Virus record (IMG/VR): IMGVR_UViG_3300024996_000142
Coordinates: 1-43,798 of that record
From: a virus
Lineage: Duplodnaviria; Caudoviricetes
DNA: 43,798 nucleotides
Reading direction: 5' to 3' (one strand)
Part shown: positions 24,897-36,300 of the stretch, piece by piece
How positions within the stretch are numbered: the first letter of the stretch is position 1
How the letters are laid out: each line of letters begins with the position of its first letter
Made by a program: the position numbers and the translations under genes
The notes under the pieces: generated by a model
The model's input: only the letters and a program-made list of their open reading frames with translations
What the model was told of the DNA's origin: nothing
The model's database searches: none

Positions 24897-27073
24897 GCAA
24901 CGTGCGCACCATGCAGCGCTCCTTCGGGGGCGGGGAGGTCACCCCCGAGTTCTGGGGGCGAATCGACGACTCGCGTTACCAGACAGGCCTCGCGCGGTGC
25001 ATGAATTTCATCGTCAAGCCGCAAGGGCCCGTGGAAAACCGTGCCGGAACAGTATTCGTGCGCGAGGTCAAGGACTCCACCAAGGCCACGCGGGTGATGC
25101 CCTTCACCTTCTCGGCCGAGCAGACCATGGTGCTCGAGGTGGGCGAGGGTTACCTGCGGTTTCACACGACGGGCGCCACGCTCATGCATCCGGCCGCCCC
25201 GGCCTACGACGCGGGCACGGCTTACGAGACGGGCGACCTGGTTGCCTCCGGCGGCGTGACCTACTACTGCATCAAGAGCGTTACGGGCACCGCGCCCCCG
25301 GATGCCAAATATTGGTATGCGCTGCCCGCGTCGGGTGAGTACGAAATCCCGACGCCCTACCTCGCGGGCGAAATCTATGACATCAAGTACGCCCAGAGCG
25401 CTGACGTGATGACGCTGGTGCACGTGGGCCACTCACCCATGGAGCTGCGCCGCCTCGGCGCCGCCAAGTGGGTGCTGGTGCCCATTGCCTTCAATTCCAG
25501 GCTTACCCCGCCATCCGGGGTGAGCGCGACGGCTTCCGGGGGCACGGGCACCACCTATCGCTATGTCGTGACATGCCTGGGCGAAATGGAGAGTGATGAG
25601 TCCATCCCCTCCGCCGAAGCCACGTGCAACGGCAATCTTTTCGCCTCGGGCGGGAAGAACACCATCACCTGGAGCGCCGCGAGCGGCGTGGCCACTTATT
25701 GCGTCTACAAGTTCTCGGGAGGCATGTTCGGCTACGTCGGGCGGGCCAGTTCCACCACTTTCGTGGACGACAACATCGCCGCCGACACCAGCCGAACGCC
25801 GCCGGTGGAGCAAACCCTGTTCGGCGCCGAGGGGGACTATCCGGGCGCGGTGAGCTATTTCGAGCAGCGCCGGGCGTTCGCGGGCACCATCAACCAGCCT
25901 CAAAACCTTTGGATGACCAAGAGCGGCACCGAGTCGAACATGAACTACTCGTTGCCCGTGCGCGACGATGACTCGATCCAGTTGCGCGTGGCCGCGCGCG
26001 AGGCCACGCAGGTGCGCCACATCGTGCCGCTGGTGAACCTGCTGCTGCTCACCAGCGGCGCCGAATGGCGCGTGACGTCGGTCAATTCCGACGCCGTGAC
26101 GCCCAGCACCATCGCCGTCGCGCCGCAGTCCTACATCGGATGCAGCGAGGTCACGCCGGTCGTGATCGCCAACAACATCATCTACGCCGCCGCGCGCGGC
26201 GGGCACCTGCGCGAGATGGCGTACTCGAGTGACGCCAACGGTTACGTGTCGGGCGACCTGAGCTTGCGGGCCCCGCACCTGTTCGACGAGCTCGTGATCC
26301 GCGACATGGCCTATGCCAAGGCGCCCTATCCGATCGTCTGGGCTGTTTCCAGCAGCGGCAACCTGCTGGGTTTGACCTACCTCCCGGAGCAGCAGGTGGG
26401 CGCGTGGCACCAGCACCAGACGCAAGGCGCTTTCGAGTCCGTCACGGTCGTGCCTGAGGGGCAGGACGATGTTCCCTATTTCGTGGTGCGCCGTACGGTG
26501 GGGGGCGTGGACAAGCGGTACATCGAGTTCCTGCGCCCGCGTCACTTCGTGGATCCGCAAGACGCCTACTTCGTAGATTGTGGGCTCACGTACAGCGGGG
26601 TTCCCGCCGGTGAAATCACCGGGCTTGACCACCTCGAGGGTGAGACCGTCGCCGTGCTGGGCGACGGCGCGGTAATGCCGCGTTGCAAAGTCTCGGGCGG
26701 CAAGATCACGCTGGCGCACGCGGTGTCCAAGGCTCATGTGGGTTTGCCGATCACCTCGGAGATGCAGACACTGCCCGTGTCTTTCGAGGCGCCAGGCTTC
26801 GGCCAAGGCTTGGTGAAGAACGTCAACCAGGTGTGGTTGCGCGTGTACCGCTCGGGCGGCATCTTCACCGGCCCGACTTTCGACAAGCTCACCGAGGCCA
26901 AGCAGCGCACAACCGAGGCCTACGGCTCGCCGCCCGAGCTCAAGACCGACGAGCTGCGCCTGACGCTCGACCCCACCTGGGCGCGCGCCGGGCAAATCTG
27001 CTTGCGTCAGGCCGATCCGCTGCCCCTGACGGTGACCAGCATGGCTCTGGACGTGACCTTGGGAGGGGCCTGA
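24893..27073 (+). CDS. Tail nozzle (tail tubular protein B, T7 gp12-like)
   Basis: QRSFGGGEVTP, YAQSADVM, PGAVSYFEQR, AWHQH and Q.DPLP motifs. Confidence 0.9.
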   Translation: MSNVRTMQRSFGGGEVTPEFWGRIDDSRYQTGLARCMNFIVKPQGPVENRAGTVFVREVKDSTKATRVMPFTFSAEQTMVLEVGEGYLRFHTTGATLMHPAAPAYDAGTAYETGDLVASGGVTYYCIKSVTGTAPPDAKYWYALPASGEYEIPTPYLAGEIYDIKYAQSADVMTLVHVGHSPMELRRLGAAKWVLVPIAFNSRLTPPSGVSATASGGTGTTYRYVVTCLGEMESDESIPSAEATCNGNLFASGGKNTITWSAASGVATYCVYKFSGGMFGYVGRASSTTFVDDNIAADTSRTPPVEQTLFGAEGDYPGAVSYFEQRRAFAGTINQPQNLWMTKSGTESNMNYSLPVRDDDSIQLRVAAREATQVRHIVPLVNLLLLTSGAEWRVTSVNSDAVTPSTIAVAPQSYIGCSEVTPVVIANNIIYAAARGGHLREMAYSSDANGYVSGDLSLRAPHLFDELVIRDMAYAKAPYPIVWAVSSSGNLLGLTYLPEQQVGAWHQHQTQGAFESVTVVPEGQDDVPYFVVRRTVGGVDKRYIEFLRPRHFVDPQDAYFVDCGLTYSGVPAGEITGLDHLEGETVAVLGDGAVMPRCKVSGGKITLAHAVSKAHVGLPITSEMQTLPVSFEAPGFGQGLVKNVNQVWLRVYRSGGIFTGPTFDKLTEAKQRTTEAYGSPPELKTDELRLTLDPTWARAGQICLRQADPLPLTVTSMALDVTLGGA

Positions 27074-27074
27074 C

Positions 27075-28064
27075 ATGGGCTTCAGTTCATCGCAGATCGC
27101 CACGGCAGGGCTGGCCTCGCAGGCCTTCGGCCTGTCCTCGAGCGTGGTGGGGTCTTACTACGGCGCGCGGGTCGGGGAAATCCAGACGCAAACGCAGGCT
27201 CAGGCCATCCAGCATCAGGCGGCGATGGACGTCTACAACGCGCGTTCTCAGGCGCTGACGCTCACCGGCCAGGCTGATCTGGACTGGATCAGCGCTCAGG
27301 CGCAGCACAACGCCACGCTCACCGGCGCCGAGTTCTCGGTGCTCTCCGCGCAGGCTCAGGCTGATCAGGCCCTCGGACGGGCGAGCATCGCGCAGGTGGA
27401 GGCCGGGGGGCGGGCGGCGGCACTGGAATACTCGGCGCAGGCGGATGACCTGCAAGCACGCTTGTCGGAGCTTCAGGCGCAAAGCTCGCTGCTCCAGGGG
27501 GAACGCAAGGAACAGGGTTCGCGCCTGCAATACGCGCAAGCCAAGAGCAAGGCCACGGCCTCGATGGCGGCGCGCGGGCTCGACCTCGGACAAGGCTCGG
27601 CCCTGGCCGTGCGCAATTCCGTGGATCTGATGAGCGAGCGCAACGCCATCGCCATTCAGCAGGACTCGCTGATGGCCGCGTTCGGTCACCGCATGCAAAG
27701 CGCGCAGGCCAGTCTCAGCGCGCAGTCCAAGCGGGCCGGCGCCAGCGCGGCGGTGGCCAGTGCGGCCTCGCAAATGAGCCTCACGAAGGCCGAAGCGCAG
27801 TACAGCACGAGCATGGCACGCATCAACGCCGACGCCACGCGCGCGCTGTCGGCGGCGGGGCTGGTGAGCACCCAGGCCGCGGGTGACTACCAGCGCGCCA
27901 TGGCCGGGGTCATGGTGAACAACGCTTCGGCGGCGGGCATGGTGCGCGCATCGATGGCGCCCACCTATGCGGGGCCTTCGGCGGGCCTGGCGGCTTTTGG
28001 TTCATTGCTGGGGGGCTCGGGCCCCTTGATGCGCTCGTGGTACGCCTGGAGCAAGGAGAACTGA
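27075..28064 (+). CDS. Internal virion (ejection) protein, Ala/Gln-rich
   Basis: Hydrophobic termini, MAARGLDLGQGSA motif, position after the nozzle. Confidence 0.75.
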   Translation: MGFSSSQIATAGLASQAFGLSSSVVGSYYGARVGEIQTQTQAQAIQHQAAMDVYNARSQALTLTGQADLDWISAQAQHNATLTGAEFSVLSAQAQADQALGRASIAQVEAGGRAAALEYSAQADDLQARLSELQAQSSLLQGERKEQGSRLQYAQAKSKATASMAARGLDLGQGSALAVRNSVDLMSERNAIAIQQDSLMAAFGHRMQSAQASLSAQSKRAGASAAVASAASQMSLTKAEAQYSTSMARINADATRALSAAGLVSTQAAGDYQRAMAGVMVNNASAAGMVRASMAPTYAGPSAGLAAFGSLLGGSGPLMRSWYAWSKEN

Positions 28065-28065
28065 C

Positions 28066-30378
28066 GTGGGTCGAATCACAGTGCCCGGTTTTCAGTCGGT
28101 GGTGCAGCCGGGCAGCATGCCCACGCCGCAAATGCCGGGGGTGGGGGGCGACCCGACGATGACCGCGCGCCTGGCGGGGCAGGCCATCGAGCAGGGGCAG
28201 CAGATCAGCCGCGGCATGGCCGAGTTGGGCGAGGCGGGTTTGCAGATCGCCACCGACATGCAGCGCGAGGCCAATCGCGTGCAGGTGATCAGGGGCCAGA
28301 ATGATGCCCAGCGCGCCATCCAGGAGCTGAGCTTTGGCGTGCAGGGCAGCGACGAACCCGGATTCCAGAGCTTCAAGGGGCAGGCGGCGCTGGGCGATCT
28401 CAACGGTGCGGATCTGAGCGCGAGCTACGCTGACAAGCTCAAGCAACGTCTGGATGAGGTGTCGGCCAGCTTCGGCAACGACGCTCAGCGCAGCGCGTTC
28501 GCCGTCTGGCGTGGCACGGCGGAGGCGGATTTTGCCGGGCGCGTGCGCAGCCATCAGCAACGCGAGTTCGAGAGCCTGAAGCGCTCGACGTATCAAGGCG
28601 CGATCGAAATCGGCATCAACAACGCCGCCGCCGACTGGCAGAACGATGGCAAGGTGCGCGAGGCCATCGACGGCACGCTGGTTCCCGGCAGCGACGACGA
28701 GCGCTATGGCGGCGTGCGTCAGGCCGCCTACGAGCTGGGCAAGGCGCAAGGCAAATCCGCCCTCGAGATCGAATACGACGTACGCAAGGCCGTGAGCAGC
28801 GCACACGTCGGCGTGCTGGCGCAGGCACTGGCCAACGGCGACAGCCGCCGGGCGATTGAATACCTGCAGGCCCACAAGGGCGACATGCTCGAGACCGACG
28901 TGCTCAAGGCGGACGGGCAAGTGCGCGAGTTCGTGGACACCGCCAGTTCGCAAACGGCCGTGAGCGCGGCTGTCAAGGCCATGGCCAACCGGTTCCAGCC
29001 GACCGACATGGACAAGCTCACCGGCATCGTGCTGGGGTTGGAGAGCGGCGGACGCGACACGGACGCCCAGGGCAACCCGCTCACTTCCAGGGCAGGCGCC
29101 AAGTACGCCATGCAGGTGATGCCTGAAACGGCCAAGGCCCCCGGCTTCGGCATTCGGCCCGCGGCCGACGACGGCGCAGCCGAATACAACCGCGTCGGGC
29201 GCGAGCTGCTGGGTGCGCTGGTCAAGAAGTACGGCAACGTGGGCCAGGCCCTGGCCGCCTACAACGGCGGGTCAAAAGACGTGGACAGGGCCGTAGAAGC
29301 CGCACGCAAGGCGGGTGATCCCGACAACTGGGTGCAGCACCTGCGCGACTTCAAGAGCCCCGAGGCCTTTGCCGAGAACAGCGCCTACGTCAAGAACGGA
29401 CTGGCTCGCCTGGCGGCGGGCGACGGGGCACCCGCCCGGCCCACGTTGCAGGATTTCACGCAGGCGGCTGTGGCGCAGCTCGGCCCCAACCCTTCGCCAC
29501 AAGCACTCAAGCTGACGCAACAGGGCGCCGAGCACCAATACGGCGTGATCGAGAAAGCGCTCAAGGCACAGGACGATCAGGCCGTGGCCGATGCCATGCG
29601 CGCCCTGCAAGCCAATGGCGGGCGGGTCGATCTGCTTCCGATCGCCCTGCGCTCGCGTGTGCCGCCGAAGGAGCTGGACAATCTGTATGGCTACGCCGAC
29701 CGCATCGCCAAGGGCGACGACCGCACCAGTGAATGGCTGTACGCCAAGCTGGCGGGCAACCCGCAGCAACTGGCAGGCATGAGTGATGACCAGTTTTACG
29801 CGCTGCGCAAGGAGCTTTCGGAGGGTGACTTCAAGCACTTCGCCAATGAGCGCGCCAAAGCGCAGGGCAAGGCGCTGCCCGACGCGGGCAAGGCGGGAGA
29901 CCTCAACAGCAGCGCCATCAAGAACACGTTGGATACGCGGCTGCGGACACTGGGGATCGACCCCACGCCCAAGGACGACGGCGGCAAGGATGCGGCGCGC
30001 GTGGGCGCGATCCGCCAGTTCGTTGATCAGTACTTCACGGCGGCGCAGAAAGAGGCGGGCAAGAAGTTCAGCGATGCCGAGGTGGCCACGCATATCGACG
30101 CCTTGTTCGCGCAGAACGCCACGTTCAAGGGCTGGTTCTCCAACAGCAGCAAGCCCCTGCTCTCCATGAAGAACCCGGGCGACATGCCGACAGCGGATCG
30201 GGAAAACATCCTCTCGGCGTTCAAACGCGCAGGCAACGACGCGCCCACGGATGCGCAGGTGCTGGGCGCGTACTGGAATCTTGAACTGGCGCGGCGCAGC
30301 GCCAAGGCTGCGCCCAAGTCGCAGGCGCTGAGCCCTGCATTCTTCGATTTCGCGCGCAGCCTTCTGGAGCCAAAGTGA
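28066..30378 (+). CDS. Internal virion protein with lytic transglycosylase (SLT) domain
   Basis: LESGG, AGAKYAMQVMPETA and ALAAYNGG motifs. Confidence 0.88.
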   Translation: MGRITVPGFQSVVQPGSMPTPQMPGVGGDPTMTARLAGQAIEQGQQISRGMAELGEAGLQIATDMQREANRVQVIRGQNDAQRAIQELSFGVQGSDEPGFQSFKGQAALGDLNGADLSASYADKLKQRLDEVSASFGNDAQRSAFAVWRGTAEADFAGRVRSHQQREFESLKRSTYQGAIEIGINNAAADWQNDGKVREAIDGTLVPGSDDERYGGVRQAAYELGKAQGKSALEIEYDVRKAVSSAHVGVLAQALANGDSRRAIEYLQAHKGDMLETDVLKADGQVREFVDTASSQTAVSAAVKAMANRFQPTDMDKLTGIVLGLESGGRDTDAQGNPLTSRAGAKYAMQVMPETAKAPGFGIRPAADDGAAEYNRVGRELLGALVKKYGNVGQALAAYNGGSKDVDRAVEAARKAGDPDNWVQHLRDFKSPEAFAENSAYVKNGLARLAAGDGAPARPTLQDFTQAAVAQLGPNPSPQALKLTQQGAEHQYGVIEKALKAQDDQAVADAMRALQANGGRVDLLPIALRSRVPPKELDNLYGYADRIAKGDDRTSEWLYAKLAGNPQQLAGMSDDQFYALRKELSEGDFKHFANERAKAQGKALPDAGKAGDLNSSAIKNTLDTRLRTLGIDPTPKDDGGKDAARVGAIRQFVDQYFTAAQKEAGKKFSDAEVATHIDALFAQNATFKGWFSNSSKPLLSMKNPGDMPTADRENILSAFKRAGNDAPTDAQVLGAYWNLELARRSAKAAPKSQALSPAFFDFARSLLEPK

Positions 30379-33300
30379 ACGAATACGATCAGGCCATCCT
30401 CGGTGCTGGCGGCGCGCAAGGCGACGAATATAGCCAGGCGGTGCTGGGCCAGCAGGCGCAAGACGGTATCTCCTCACGCCTGGGGTACCTGGTCGGCAGC
30501 CAGCAAGACCCCGACGCCTACGCCGAGGCGCGGCGCGTGGCGGCCAGCACCGGCGTGCCGGTGGATACCGTGCTGGCGCGGCCCGCGGACATGAAGCACC
30601 AGGCCGCGATGGGCCTGATCGACTTCGACGCACTGGTCGCCACCGCACCCGCCACGGCGGCGCTGCTGGCCGACGTGCAAAAGGCCAGCGTAGCGCACGA
30701 CGACGTGGGCAGCCTGCAGGCTGTGGAGGGCACGCTGGGCGCGCTCGGCAAGAAAGACCTCGACCGGCCGAAGGCATTGCAAGCGCTGGTGGACGCCGGG
30801 GGCTTCGCTGGCGGCACCCTGAGCGCTCTGGCCTCGGCCCTTCCCAAGTTCAACGAAGGCGCCTGGGGCGCGCTGCGCGCCGCTGGCGACATCCTGCCCA
30901 GCGCCATCGGCCAGCCCATCGCGGACTTCGCGGCGCGCATGGGCCAAACGCAGCGCGCCCTGGCCGACAAGCTGATGCCCAAGGCTGAGGGCCTGCTGGG
31001 GGCGAGCTGGTACTCGGGCATGCAGTCCTTCGGCCTCAACGCCCTCAACCTGCCGCTCGCTTTCATCCCCGGCGGACAGGAGGCGGTGGCCGCGCGCATT
31101 GGCACATCGCTTACGCCCCTGGCAACCGCAGTGGCCGAGCAGGTGGCGCCGCGCATGGCGCCGGTGCTGTGGTCCATGGGCGCCACCACGGGGGGCATGG
31201 CATACGGCGAGGCACGCGACAGAGGCGTGGGGGTGCTGCCCTCTCTGGCATTCGGCGCGTCGCAAGGCGTGATCGAGGCGGGTACCGAAATGATTGGCAT
31301 GCCCGCGCTGTTCTCGTTGCTCAAGCCCGGCAAGTTCGCCGCCAAGGCGGCCGAGTACATGCTCAAGGAGCAGGGTGGCGAACAGCTCGCCACGCACTTG
31401 CAGGACCTGAACGAATGGGCCACGCTGCACCCGGAAAGGCCCTTCACCGACTACCTGGCCGAACGTCCGGCGGCGGCTGTGCAGACGGCGCTTTCCGTGG
31501 TGTTCGCGGGCGCGGCGCAGGCGGGTACGGCGCGCGGCGTGGGCCACGTGCTCTACAAGGCGCATCAGGACTCGGAAAAGGCCCTGGCCAGCCAGCAGCA
31601 GGCGGCGCTGCTGGGTCAGCTCACCCAGATCGCGCAGGCCGACAAGCTGCTGGCGCGCGAGCCCGAGACCTTCCAGGACTTCGTGCAGCAGGCGGCCGAG
31701 GATGGGCCCGTCGAGCAGGTTTACATCGATGGCAACACGCTGATGCAGTCGGGCCTCGTGCCCCAGCTCGCCGAGCTCTCGCCCGCGATCGCCGCGCAGG
31801 CGGACGAGGCGGCCAAGACCGGGGGGTTGGTGGCGATCCCTGTGGGTGAGTACGCCGCGCGCATCGCGCCCAGCGAGCATGCCGCTGCACTGCTCGAGCA
31901 CCTCAAGACAGATCCCGAGGGCTTCTCCCGCGCCGAGGCGCAGGTCTACTTGCAGACGCAGGGCGAGCAGCTGCAACAGGAAATGGTGCGTGCGCTCACC
32001 GACTCGGTGCGGGCCGAGCAAATCCTGGCCGACGTAGCCTCAGTGCGCGAAATCCTGAAAGACGAGCTGGTGAATGCGGGCCGACGCCCCGACGTGGCCG
32101 ACGCCGAGAGCGCGGTGCTCGGCGCCTACTATGCCACGCGCGCGCAGGACCTCGACCTCAAGGCCAGCGAGTTGTTCGAGCAACGGCGCCTGCGCATCGG
32201 CGCCGAGCCCTTGGACGGCGAAGTGCTGGGGCAAGCGCTCGCGACGCAGCCGCCTGAGGACTGGGTGCATTCAACCAGTGGGCAGGATGCCGCGGCGCTG
32301 TTCAACGGCCAGACGCAGGCGCGGGCGGTGTTCTGGACGGATTTGCAGGGCAAGCTGGCGCAGGACGCGCCGGACCTTGCGGGGTATTCACACTCCCTCG
32401 ACCGCAGTCGCGCCGACCACATCCGTAAGCAGCATGGTGACGCGGGGACAGAAACTGCCAGGGGGCAAGTGGCCGTGACGGGGGACGACCTGGCCCGTAT
32501 TCCGGAAATTGTTACCAGCTATGACGCCATCGATACCGACGTGCCCATCAAGAATGAGCAGGGTGGCCAGACGCTGCGCGGCGTTGTATTTGCCAAAAAG
32601 TACGAGGACGCGGTGGTGGTTTACACGGCGGTGCAAAACCGCAAGCGCCAGGACCTGCGAGGCGCGACTTTGTGGAAGTATCCCCCAACGACCGATGCCC
32701 AGACCGCTTTAAAACGGGCCACCTCCGGCCTAACGTCCGAAACGCTTGGGGGCATGGACGCCAGTGTATCTCAGGGCGGCGGTTTGCACCAGGGCGCGCG
32801 CGGCGCCTTCAGCCCCGAACACCTGGCGATCACACTGCTTAAGGGCGCCGATCTTTCTACCACGCTGCACGAGGCGGGGCACTTCTTCTTCGAGAACGAT
32901 GTCGCCCTGGCCAGCGAGATCGTCGCGCGCCAGACGGGCGAACCGACCGAGGGCGAGCAGCGCATCCTGCGCGACGTAGGCACGGTGCTCACCTGGCACG
33001 GCCTGAAGGGTGATGTGCGCGAGCAGCTCGCCGAGTGGCACAACCTGCCTTTCGAGGAAAAGCGCAGCCACCACGAGCGCTTCGCGGAGTCTTTCGAGCG
33101 TTACCTGTTCGAGGGGCGCGCACCCAGCCTGGAGTTGACCGGCTACTTTCAGCGCTTTCGCACCTGGATGGCGGGCGTATACCGCTCGATCAAGGAGTTT
33201 CTCGCTCGCAATCCGCGCGCGGGTGCGCTCAATCCGGAAGTGCGCGCGGTGTTCGACCGCATGCTGGCCTCGGACGATCAGATCGCTCTGGCCGAACAGG

Positions 33301-36300
33301 GGCGCTCACTGGTGCCGTTGTTCGAGGATGCCGAGCAGGCGGGCATGACGCCCGAGGAGTTCGCCGCCTACCAGGCGAGTGGCCAACAGGCCACGGCCGA
33401 CGCGGTAGACGAGCTTCAGGCGCGCGGTCTGCGCGACATGCAATGGCTGCGCAACGCGCGCGGACGCGAGCTCAAGCGTCTGCAAGATGAGGCCAAGGGC
33501 CTGCGCGCCGAGCACGAGCTTGAGGCGCGGGTGGAAGTCTTCAGCGATCCGCTGTACCGGGCCTGGCGGTTCCTCACGAACAAGCTGACCGAGGAAGACA
33601 AGTTGCCCGAGCCAGTGCGCACCAGCACCGGCCAGACGCTGAACCCGGCGCAGGATTCGCTGCTGGTGGCGATTGCCAAGCTGGGCGGCATCACGCGCGA
33701 ATCGGCGGCCACGCACCTGGGCGTGCACGCGGATGACTTCCGGGCGCCTTCTGGCGTCTTTGGCGCGCCGGTGTTTCGCAAGACGGGTGGGCTCTCGGCG
33801 GATGCCATGGCCGAGCGGCTGGTCGAGCACGGCTACCTGATGCCGGATGCTTCCGGCGCCGTGGATCTGCACCAGCTCGAAGACAAGGTGGCAAGCGAGC
33901 TGCACGGCGAGCCTCAGTACAGCTTCGCGCGTGATCTGGGGGGCATGGGCCAAACTGAGCCCCGGGCGGGGGAAGGCGTTGACGTCGCAACCCTGGGCGC
34001 GGCCCGCCTGGATGAAGGCGAACTCAAGCTCATGGGCTTGCAGCCCGAGGTATTGGCCAGCCTGAAGGCGCGGCGCATGGTGGCCAGGAACGGTTTGCAC
34101 CCCGATCTGGTGGCCGAGCAATTCGGCTTTACCAGTGGCGACGAGCTGGTGCGCAAGCTGGCGGCGGCCGAGACCCCGCGCGAGATGGTCGAGGCGCTGA
34201 CTGACGTGCGCATGCTCGAGGCCCATGGCGAGCTGGCCACGCCCGAGGCCATCGAGCGGGCAGCCGATGAGGCGGTGTTCAACCGAGCGCGCCTGCGCAT
34301 GGTGGCTGCCGAGGACGCGGCGCTGGCCAGGGCCACCGGCAAGCCGCGCGTGCTGGAGAGCGCCGCGCGCGAGTACGCGGCCGCCTTGATCGCCCGCCAG
34401 CGCGTGCGCGATCTGCGCCCCAGCCGCTACACGCAGGCGCAAACGCGGGCCGCGCGCGAGGCCGACAAGGCGCGCAAGGCGGGCGACGTGGCCCGCGCGG
34501 CGGCCGAGAAGCGCAACCAGCTCTTGCAAGCCCTGGCCGCGCGCGAGGCCTTGCAAGCGCGGGAGGACGTGCAGCGCATGGTGCAGTACCTGCGCAAGTT
34601 CGACCGCAAGGTGGCCGGGCTCGATGTTGGCTACGCCGATCAGATTGAACAGCTTCTGGAGCGCTTCGAGCTGCGCGAGCGATCGCTCAAGGCCATCGAT
34701 CAGCGCGTGGCCTTCTCCAAATGGCTCGACGAGCAACGCGAGGCCGGATTCGAGCCGGACGTGCCGGACGCCCTGGTGAGCGAAGCCAATCGCCAGAACT
34801 ACAAGAACCTGACGGTGCAGGACCTGCGTGCGCTCTACGAGACCGTGCGCCAGATCGAGCACCTGGGGCGCCTGAAAAACCGCCTCCTGCTGGCGCAGGA
34901 TGCGCGCGAGTACGCCGCCATCCGTGACGAAATCGCGCAAAGCATCAACCAGCATGCGGGCAACCGGCACGCCGACAACCGCACGCCCAGCACCAACTGG
35001 GGCAAGGCGGGAAAGTGGCTCAAGGCCCAAGGCGCGGCGCACATCAAGGTCGCGAGCTGGGCGCGCATCATGGACGGTGGGCAGGACGGCGGGCCGGTGT
35101 GGGAGCATTTCGTGCGCCGGGCCAACGAGCGCGGCGACATGGAAACCGGCATGCGCGCCGAAGCCACCCAGAAGCTGGCGGCGATCATCGCGCCGGTGCG
35201 CAAGCTGGGCGCGATGAGCGGGAAGGGGGCATTCTTCCCTTCGCTGGGCATCAGCCTGAACCGGCAGGAACGCCTGGCGCTGGCGCTGAACACCGGCAAC
35301 GAAGGCAACCTGCAGCGCCTCCTGGATGGCGAGGGCTGGACACGCGAGCAGATTCAACCAGTGCTGGATTCGCTCACGTCAGTGGAGTGGCACGCCGTGC
35401 AGGCCCTGTGGGACCACTTCGACAGCTACCGCCCGTTGATCGCGGCCAAGGAGATCAGGGTCTACGGCAAGGAGCCCGCCTGGGTGCAACCAGCAGCATC
35501 AAGCATCATCGCGGCGGACGGCATCCACGTGCTGCTGCGCGGTGGCTACTACCCCATCAAGTACGACCCCGCGCGCAGCCAGCGCGCCGAGGAACACGTG
35601 GACGCCGAGGCCGCCAAGCGTGAGCTGCGTGGGGCCTACACCAGCGCCACCACGCGGCGCAGCTTCACCAAGACGCGCGCCGATCAGGTGAAGGGCCGTC
35701 CGCTGCTGCTCACGCTCGATGGGGTGTACGGGGGCGTCAACGACGTGATCCACGACCTGGCGTGGCACGAGTGGTTGATCGACACCAATCGGCTGCTGCG
35801 CTCGCAAACCATCGACGAGGCCATCCGCAGCCACTACGGCGCCGAGGTCAAGCAGCAATTCAAGACCTGGGCGCAAGACATCGCCGAGGGCGATCGCGGT
35901 GCGCAGGCGGCGATGGATGCGGCGCTGGGCCGTCTGCGCCAGGGCGTGAGCGTTTCGGGCCTGGGGTTCAACGCTGTGGGCGCCATCATGCAGCCGTTGG
36001 GGCTTTCGCAGTCCGTCGTGCGCGTCGGTGCGCCGTGGATCGGGAAGGCAGTGCTGCGCTATGTCGCCAGCCCCGTGCGCCTGTCGCGCGAAGCCAATGA
36101 GATGTCCACCTTCATGGCCAACCGCACGCGCACGCGGTTTCGCGAACTCAACGAGCTGCGCAACCAGGTGCAGGATCAGGGGGCTTTCAAGGAGCACGTG
36201 GGACGTTACGCCTACTGGCTGATGATGCGCTTTCAGCAGGTGGCCGACGTGCCCACCTGGCACGGCGCCTACGACAAAGCCCTGGCCAGCGGCGAGACCG

